From: an uncultured Candidatus Saccharibacteria bacterium
GTDB lineage: Bacteria; Patescibacteriota; Minisyncoccia; Phycocordibacterales; Phycocordibacteraceae
Reading direction: 5' to 3'
Assembly: GCA_964507275.1 (NCBI GenBank)
Contig: CAZDPG010000001.1
Span: 188,061-252,060 of the forward strand
Length of the DNA stretch: 64,000 nt
Below are positions 58,036-64,000 of the stretch, piece by piece. Position 1 is the stretch's first letter. Each line of letters starts with the position of its first letter. The notes under the pieces are model-generated. The model had not been told where the DNA came from, did no database searches, and was given only the letters and a program-made list of their open reading frames with translations. A program made the translations under genes and the position numbers.

Positions 58036-58185
58036 ATGAACTCATTGCAGGTAGCGGCTCTCGAGGCCGCAGCGCAGTCAACCGTCACTGCCGCTCTTTT
58101 CTTCGGTGTATGCGCAGCGCTCGGTGTTGCCATGTTCTTCTACCCCTTTGGACTCCCCGCCCCGGCGGGGTTTTCCTTTGCGTAG
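58036..58185 (+). CDS. Putative 49-aa single-TM small protein (below the ORF-track cutoff)
   Basis: TTGACG-N16-TATCGT, SD AAGGAGG at 58021-58027, ORF MNSLQVAALEAAAQSTVTAALFFGVCAALGVAMFFYPFGLPAPAGFSFA. Confidence 0.5.
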   Translation: MNSLQVAALEAAAQSTVTAALFFGVCAALGVAMFFYPFGLPAPAGFSFA

Positions 58186-59222
58186 TGCTCGCAGATTTTC
58201 TTCATAAGGCCCGGACCTTCGAATATCATGCCAGAGACGATTTGGATGAGGTCTGCTCCTGCATCGAACTTCGCCATCGCATCAATTGGCGAGAAGATGC
58301 CACCGGAGCCGATGATTGTGAATCGCGTGCCTGACTTCGCGCGCGTCTTGCGGATAAGCTCGTTCGAAAGTGTGAAGCAGGGAGTGCCGGAGAGCCCCCC
58401 GCGATATTCCTTCGGCGCGTCCTCAGGATGCTTCAAGTCTCCATACTTCTTATTCAGATTGCCGATGACGAGTCCCTCTACGCCGCTCCTGTCGGCGATG
58501 TCGAGGAGCTCGGCGAATTGCTCCCAGGGGATGTTGATTGGCATCTTGATGTACACAGGCTGAGTATGAGGTATCTCCATGAGTCGTGGCATGAGCCGTG
58601 CGAAGAGTTCTGGCTCGATGAATGTCTCGCCAGTGTAGGAATTAGGACACGAGATGTTTATCGTGAAGTAGTCGCCGGTATCTGCCGCGACTAATTTCTT
58701 GAATGACTCGACGTAATCGCGGATGCCTGCCTCGACATTGGCTGCGGCTTCCGGCTCGTTCGTGCGTGCTATCGAGATGCCGATCACGAAATCAGGCATG
58801 CGTGGCGTACGGGCAAGACGAGAGATGAGTGCATCGACGCCTTGATTGCGGAGCCCTTTATACACGATGAGGCTCTTGTTGCGGATGAGTCGCGTGAGTC
58901 GTGGGCGCGGGTTCCCTGCACAAGGGCGCGCAGTCGTCGATCCTATCTCTTCTCCGCCGAAAGCGAGCGATGGCAATATTTGAGTGAGCCTCCCATCCGA
59001 ATCAAATCCGGCCGAGAGCACTACCGGGGTGCGGTAGGTGATGCCATCGACTACTTTGCTGATATCAGGGCCATGATAGCCGTATAGGAGCGCGAAGAGT
59101 TTGCGCAGGAGTGCGAAGCGGCCTGCGAACTCGCCAATAGCGACGAACAAATCGTGCATCGTCTCTGGATTGCACTTGAACATGATCGGCTTGAGCACAG
59201 TGCGGTAAAGGAAATCAATCAT
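58140..59222 (-). CDS. pyrD: Dihydroorotate dehydrogenase (quinone-type architecture)
   Basis: N-terminal LY…KP..F…PE..H extension, SAGFD, GNP.PRL.R, NISCPN, GGLSG, G.GGI. Confidence 0.9.
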   Translation of the reverse strand: MIDFLYRTVLKPIMFKCNPETMHDLFVAIGEFAGRFALLRKLFALLYGYHGPDISKVVDGITYRTPVVLSAGFDSDGRLTQILPSLAFGGEEIGSTTARPCAGNPRPRLTRLIRNKSLIVYKGLRNQGVDALISRLARTPRMPDFVIGISIARTNEPEAAANVEAGIRDYVESFKKLVAADTGDYFTINISCPNSYTGETFIEPELFARLMPRLMEIPHTQPVYIKMPINIPWEQFAELLDIADRSGVEGLVIGNLNKKYGDLKHPEDAPKEYRGGLSGTPCFTLSNELIRKTRAKSGTRFTIIGSGGIFSPIDAMAKFDAGADLIQIVSGMIFEGPGLMKKICEHYAKENPAGAGSPKG

Positions 59223-59280
59223 GCGTATGAGTATACGATACTCCACGCAAGATTCCCGAAAATGGGACTTGTCTCTTGTA

Positions 59281-59367
59281 TGGTGCGCCGGGAAGGATTC
59301 GAACCTTCGTAGGACTATGTCCGCGAGATTTACAGTCTCGAGCAATTGACCGCTCTGCCACCGACGC
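59281..59367 (-). tRNA. tRNA-Tyr(GTA), CCA encoded
   Basis: GCGTCGG / CCGGCGC-A-CCA acceptor stem; anticodon arm CGAGA-CTGTAAA-TCTCG; long variable arm; GGTTCGAATCC. Confidence 0.96.
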
Positions 59368-59994
59368 TCATTTTGTCAAGTCATGGCTGTACTCCTCTAT
59401 CCACGTGAGTATTTGCCTTAATAACTTTGTATCACAATACACTATATGAACAAGACCGTGAAGCATTCGTGGGCCCCGCGGCCCTGGGCTTGCAGCTTTC
59501 TTTACGTACGGTTTGATGAACTGTTGTTCTGGAATAGAGAGCAATTGGCTCCAATAACGAGTAAGGGCTTTAATATCTTGCCCTTCATAACAATACAAAT
59601 GCCCGCGAACCCTCTTCTCATCGACACGGCAGATTTCGGATAGAAAACGTCTGAATATGAGTGCCATCTTCGGATCAGAGTTCGCGAAGTCTATGGAATG
59701 GGCGCCTACTTTGTATCCCTCCGCCCAATACAGCATGATAGCTGCTTCTTTTAGGCGTTCTTCAATTTTCGACAGCTTGGTTTTTAGATTATAGGAAAGT
59801 GGTTTAGCTTCGAAACGAATACTGTTTGTCTCCTGTGCGGAGCGGCGAGGAACATCGAGACTTCGAAGTGTGTAATAAGCCGCATGGATACTAACACCGA
59901 AATGATCCGCTACTTGCTGCGCACTTAGTCCGGTCCGATACAGGCGGGCGGCCTCTTGTTGTTGTTTCGGTGAAAGAGCGGCTACATTAGGCAT
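59368..59994 (-). CDS. HTH + LAGLIDADG-like protein
   Basis: N-terminal HTH (GLSAQQVADHFGVS); MLYWAEG.K helix and F.NSDP.M…F.RFL; AT-richer than its flanks. Confidence 0.75.
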   Translation of the reverse strand: MPNVAALSPKQQQEAARLYRTGLSAQQVADHFGVSIHAAYYTLRSLDVPRRSAQETNSIRFEAKPLSYNLKTKLSKIEERLKEAAIMLYWAEGYKVGAHSIDFANSDPKMALIFRRFLSEICRVDEKRVRGHLYCYEGQDIKALTRYWSQLLSIPEQQFIKPYVKKAASPGPRGPRMLHGLVHIVYCDTKLLRQILTWIEEYSHDLTK

Positions 59995-60000
59995 GCTTTT

Positions 60001-60029
60001 ATTATCTCAACCCAGAAGTTGAGAGTCAA
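60001..60029 (-). promoter_or_regulatory. Sigma70 promoter with an operator-like inverted repeat
   Basis: TTGACT-N17-GATAAT-N6-ATG; perfect inverted repeat TCTCAAC-N6-GTTGAGA at 60005-60024. Confidence 0.6.
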
Positions 60030-60051
60030 ACGGACTTATACACAGAAATGT

Positions 60052-61305
60052 TTACTTTAGTACAAGAATCAGTACGCCCTGCTTGCCCTTGCGTACGAGC
60101 GCATGACCACCACTGAGATCTCCTGCAAAGAGTTTCTGGTCGGGATCGGTTATCGGAAAGCCGGAGAGTGTAATCCCCTTCCCTTCGATGAGTCTCCGCG
60201 CATCACTCTTGCTCGAGGCGAGACCTCCCGTGACGAGTATCTCAGCAAGTGATGCACCGCCTTCCATATCTTTCTTCGAGAGTGTTACCGAAGGTGCTTC
60301 AGCAAGTGCGACTTGGCGTGCTTCACGCGAGAGCTCACCGAACGGCGTATCGCCGAAGAGTGCGTCGGATGTCGCTGCGGCCTGAGCAGTCGCGGCTGGG
60401 CCGTGCACTATCTCGGTCACGAGGCGCGCAAGCGTCTCCTGTGCCTGACGCTCTCCAGGGTTGCGATGATGGAGCTCCATGAGCGCACTTATCTCGCTAA
60501 GCGGGAGGAACGTGTAGACCTTGAGATAGTTCTCTATGTTTACATCCGGGAGGTTAATCCAGAATTGATAGAAGCGAAACGGAGATGTCTTCTCCGCATC
60601 GAGCCAGACAGCATTCCCCTCGCTCTTGCCGAATTTCTTGCCAGTAGCATCGGTGACGAGCGGCATACCGAGCGCATACACCTGCTTACCCAAACGCTTA
60701 TGGATGAGATCGACGCCAGAAAGAATGTTCGTCCACTGATCAGAGCCGCCGATCTGGAGATCGACACCGTATTTATCATGCAATACGAAATAATCGAAAC
60801 CCTGCAAGAGAGCATAGGTGAACTCGGTATAGGAGATGCTATCGTCAGGCGTTTCAAGACGGCGTTTGATCACTTCGCGCTTCACGAGGTCGTTCACAGT
60901 GAAATACTTTCCGACATCTCGCAGGAACGGGATAAGCGAAACCTTCATGAGCCAGTCGGCATTATCGACCATTCTGAATGACGTCCTGCCCAAAATATCC
61001 TTCAATTGAGACTTGAGCGCGCGCGTGTTTGCGGCGACGAGCTTCTCCGTGAGCATCGGGCGCTCGCCTTTCTCCTTCGGATCGCCAATCATGCCAGTGC
61101 CGCCGCCCACGAGGAAGATGAGTTTGTGTCCCGCATCACCCAGGCGCTTCATGAGGAGCACCCACGCGAGGTGTCCGACATGGAGCGAGTCAGCGGTCGG
61201 GTCAGTACCGATATAGACGGTACGCTGCTCGGCGAGGATTTTCTCCGGTTCTGCCGACGAGAGTTCTATCAGCCCGCGCGCTTTCAGTTCTTCAGCGAGA
61301 GTCAT
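60052..61305 (-). CDS. tyrS: Tyrosine--tRNA ligase
   Basis: Y.G.DPTADSLHVGH, Q.GGSDQW.NI, KFGKSEG, C-terminal S4 domain. Confidence 0.97.
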   Translation of the reverse strand: MTLAEELKARGLIELSSAEPEKILAEQRTVYIGTDPTADSLHVGHLAWVLLMKRLGDAGHKLIFLVGGGTGMIGDPKEKGERPMLTEKLVAANTRALKSQLKDILGRTSFRMVDNADWLMKVSLIPFLRDVGKYFTVNDLVKREVIKRRLETPDDSISYTEFTYALLQGFDYFVLHDKYGVDLQIGGSDQWTNILSGVDLIHKRLGKQVYALGMPLVTDATGKKFGKSEGNAVWLDAEKTSPFRFYQFWINLPDVNIENYLKVYTFLPLSEISALMELHHRNPGERQAQETLARLVTEIVHGPAATAQAAATSDALFGDTPFGELSREARQVALAEAPSVTLSKKDMEGGASLAEILVTGGLASSKSDARRLIEGKGITLSGFPITDPDQKLFAGDLSGGHALVRKGKQGVLILVLK

Positions 61306-61322
61306 GGAGAAAATATACCACG

Positions 61323-63104
61323 TCAGATGGACGCTTCCAGGAAGCCGCCCGCCTGGTGGTTCCAAAGGTTCGCGTAGAGTCCTCCCTTAGCAATCAGTTC
61401 ATCATGCGTGCCGTCTTCGACGATATGACCCTCTTCCATGACGACAATCCTGTCCATCGCGCGCAGAGTCGACAGACGGTGTGCGACCGCAATCACCGTG
61501 CGATGCTCCATGAGCGTAAGGAGAGCCTTTTGGACTGCAGACTCACTCTCGCTATCAAGCGAAGAGGTCGCCTCGTCGAGCAATAATATCGGCGCGTCCT
61601 TGAGTAACGCGCGAGCGATAGCAATCCGCTGGCGCTGCCCGCCAGAAAGCTTCACGCCGCGCTCGCCTACCAGCGAGGCATATCCTTCAGGCAGGTGCTC
61701 TATGAATTCATGCGCCTCAGCAAGCTGAGCGGCATGAATTATGTCGTCCTCGGTCGCGGAGGGTTTCCCGTAAGCGATGTTTTCTCGTATGGATCGGTGG
61801 AAAAGAAGTGGTTCTTGCGGGACGATAGCTATCGCTTGCCGTAGGCTATTTTTTGTCATGAGCGTTATGTCGTTCCCGTCGATGGCAATAGTGCCGTCCG
61901 TCGCATCGTGACGACGTAAGAAAAGGTTTATCAAGGTGCTCTTCCCAGCTCCGCTTCGCCCAACGACGCCAACTCTCTGTCCCGCAGGGATGTCGATGGA
62001 GAGACTGTCGAAGACTATGGTGCCGCCGTATGAAAAAGAAACGTCTTTGAGCGAAATTGATCCGCGCACGTAATCGAGCGCCTGTGCGTCTGCCCCATCA
62101 GGCATTTCGTGGGGACTAACGATATCAGAAAGACTCTCGACGACCTGACCCCATGCGTCGCCGAAATTATTCAGATGGCTTCCTATGAAAGTGAGGCGGT
62201 CCTCGACCATAAGCACGATAGTCAGAATCAAAATGATGTCGCCTGCGGTCAGCACTCCCTTCCCGGTAAGGAACGTGGCGGCAGCGATCATTCCGCCGAT
62301 GAAGAAGACCTGTAGGATGCCGTTACCAAGACGAACCCACTCGCGGAACTTCCAGTTCGTGAGCCCAGAGACTGCCCGATCAGTGATAAACCTTTTCAAC
62401 CGATTGAGCTCGAACGACTGCTGTGCATAATCATGCACAGCGCTCATGTTCGTCAGCATGTCGACCGTCGCACCGCCAATCGCCGTTTCGGCCCGCTGTG
62501 TCGCGACTGCAAGCGGAACGCCTTTCTTCACGAGATAGATGTTCATCGGAGTGATGACGAGCACCCATGCAAGGAAAATAAACGCGATAAGCGGACTTGT
62601 GTAGAACGCGAGCAGGAAACTTCCGGTAATCGAAACGAAGAACGGAATGAAATTCCAGATAATTCCTTCGACAATATCCTTCATGCTATTCGACGCTTGG
62701 GTAATCTTGCTCGAGATTGACCCGGCGAAGCGGTCAGCGAAATACGCATGACTATGTCGAGTCACATATGAGGAGAGCGCGTAGCGCGTGGTCGCCCGTG
62801 CACCGACCGACCAGTACATGCCGACGAAGCCGCTCCCGCGCCAGAAAAGAATTGCAAGAAGAGAGACAGCGATATAAGCTCCCGTCGCCTGCCAAAGAAC
62901 AGTGATTCCACCTCCACTCGTGAGTGCGTAGGCGGAATTAGTGATGAGTTTGAAAATGTATGCGACGGCTACATTCACGACGCCACCAAGCACGACAAGG
63001 ACGATAGCGCCGGATGCTACGAGCCGGTATGGGCGCGTTATGAAAATCAGAAACTTCCACGGACTTGTGCCTTGTGGAAGTTCTTCGAGCCACATGTGTT
63101 GCAT
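61323..63104 (-). CDS. ABC exporter, fused TMD-NBD
   Basis: Six-TM domain, GRSGAGKST, LSGGQRQR, LLLDEATSSLD, AHRLST. Confidence 0.93.
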   Translation of the reverse strand: MQHMWLEELPQGTSPWKFLIFITRPYRLVASGAIVLVVLGGVVNVAVAYIFKLITNSAYALTSGGGITVLWQATGAYIAVSLLAILFWRGSGFVGMYWSVGARATTRYALSSYVTRHSHAYFADRFAGSISSKITQASNSMKDIVEGIIWNFIPFFVSITGSFLLAFYTSPLIAFIFLAWVLVITPMNIYLVKKGVPLAVATQRAETAIGGATVDMLTNMSAVHDYAQQSFELNRLKRFITDRAVSGLTNWKFREWVRLGNGILQVFFIGGMIAAATFLTGKGVLTAGDIILILTIVLMVEDRLTFIGSHLNNFGDAWGQVVESLSDIVSPHEMPDGADAQALDYVRGSISLKDVSFSYGGTIVFDSLSIDIPAGQRVGVVGRSGAGKSTLINLFLRRHDATDGTIAIDGNDITLMTKNSLRQAIAIVPQEPLLFHRSIRENIAYGKPSATEDDIIHAAQLAEAHEFIEHLPEGYASLVGERGVKLSGGQRQRIAIARALLKDAPILLLDEATSSLDSESESAVQKALLTLMEHRTVIAVAHRLSTLRAMDRIVVMEEGHIVEDGTHDELIAKGGLYANLWNHQAGGFLEASI

Positions 63105-63148
63105 GTGGCTCAGTATAACGTAAAACCTAAGGTTTCCACCAAGTGGAT

Positions 63149-63670
63149 CTAGCGGGCGAGGAAGAAGAGTCCGATAGCAGGAGCGGAGAACCACCAGAAG
63201 AAGTATGCTTTCGGTGCGAAGAGCGCATCGATGGCCGGAGTGAAGTTATAGACATCGGCTACCGGGAATACATGGTAGGCCAGAGCGAGCAGGAACGATG
63301 CACCGAGGAATGCGAGTATGATTGTCCCGAATATGCCGACGTAAAGGAAGTCCGAGACGACGACACGACGCAGGATGATATAGAACAAGAATGAGAGGAC
63401 GGCATAGAAGCCGATATGCGCGAGGAGTGCGGTGAGTGCAGGTGCAGTAGGAAGAAGCGACAGGTACGGGAACGAGACGTAAATCGCGTAGGCGGCATAA
63501 AAGGCCATCAGGATAGAGAGGAGTGTCGCACGTCCGATATACCACGCGAGGAGGAAAAAGGCTGTGAACAGGATGATGACGATGAGAAAATCGCTCGCCC
63601 AGCTCCATGCCGAGAGCGCCGTGTTCGTCGCGAGTACGTTTACCTGGGCGATGCCGTCGATAGCAGACAT
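63149..63670 (-). CDS. Multi-pass membrane protein
   Basis: Five hydrophobic segments; preceded by TATACT-N6-ATG. Confidence 0.75.
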   Translation of the reverse strand: MSAIDGIAQVNVLATNTALSAWSWASDFLIVIILFTAFFLLAWYIGRATLLSILMAFYAAYAIYVSFPYLSLLPTAPALTALLAHIGFYAVLSFLFYIILRRVVVSDFLYVGIFGTIILAFLGASFLLALAYHVFPVADVYNFTPAIDALFAPKAYFFWWFSAPAIGLFFLAR

Positions 63671-63688
63671 GCTGGTAGTATACAACGG

Positions 63689-64000
63689 CTACAGACCCTC
63701 GGATTTCAAGTCGTCAATAACTTTCTTCGCCTTGCTCGAGAGCTTATTGGGGAGCGCAACCTCAAGACGAATGATGAGATCACCCGAAGCGCTCCCGCTC
63801 GTCGGAATGCCCTTACCGCGCACGCGGAGATATTCTTCGACAAGCTTCATTGGAGGTATCTTCACCTCGAGCGTCTTCCCTTCCAAAGTCTCGATTGAAA
63901 CCGTCGTGCCGAGAAGTGCATCGGTGAGTTTGACCGGTAGGTGCATAGTGAGATTCGATCCATCACGGCGGAAGGTCGCATGAGGCTTTACATGAATCTT
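63689..64000 (-). CDS. dnaJ: DnaJ-family chaperone, C-terminal part (truncated by the window edge)
   Basis: H..F.RDG.NL…ALLG…TL.G…LR..GKGIP…GDL…P pattern. Confidence 0.85.
   Translation of the reverse strand, partial: KIHVKPHATFRRDGSNLTMHLPVKLTDALLGTTVSIETLEGKTLEVKIPPMKLVEEYLRVRGKGIPTSGSASGDLIIRLEVALPNKLSSKAKKVIDDLKSEGL

Noticed and set aside
59223-59345. N-terminal extension of pyrD in the ORF track
   Set aside because: It overlaps tRNA-Tyr; the true start at 59222 is supported by TATACT-N7-ATG.
59281-59994. tRNA intron encoding a homing endonuclease
   Set aside because: The tRNA-Tyr is contiguous and complete; the ORF lies outside it and no group I intron scaffold is visible.
1-64000. 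CRISPR array, rRNA, transposase, prophage, or stop-codon reassignment (code 25)
   Set aside because: No repeat-spacer array or such genes were seen, and conserved genes end normally at TGA without being interrupted by it.

Overview
This is a compact, gene-dense bacterial chromosome segment using genetic code 11. Its gene content and architecture point to a Patescibacteria (CPR) genome, probably Parcubacteria; this is an inference from the class I LysRS, short archaeal-type AspRS, short ProRS, two MreB paralogues, cohesin/dockerin surface proteins and a LYWAEG-type LAGLIDADG-like ORF beside a tRNA. Most of the window is housekeeping: seven aminoacyl-tRNA synthetases, def/fmt, frr, rplU/rplI/rpmA, mreBC(D)-pbp2, a split dcw cluster, dnaB, recR, scpAB, tRNA-Glu(CTC) and tRNA-Tyr(GTA). 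Accessory parts are a surface-protein operon (S-layer-like protein, dockerin protein, membrane-anchored cohesin; 1-3775), an AT-richer island with a Shedu nuclease (about 3.8-7.3 kb), a large Cys-rich surface protein with an apparent internal second signal peptide, and several self-contained orphan cassettes. Four observations stand out. (i) An HTH + LAGLIDADG-like ORF fills the space between a sigma70 promoter and the first base of tRNA-Tyr, so it looks like a protein-coding 5' leader of the pre-tRNA. (ii) Leaderless gene starts (TAnnnT-N6-8-ATG) are pervasive, including divergent gene pairs that share one palindromic or overlapping -10 element. (iii) The cohesin-dockerin module carries a possible HF/T autoproteolysis motif. 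(iv) One gene looks like a two-signal-peptide polyprotein. No CRISPR array, rRNA, integrase or transposase was seen. All calls come from reading the sequence by eye; no searches were run.
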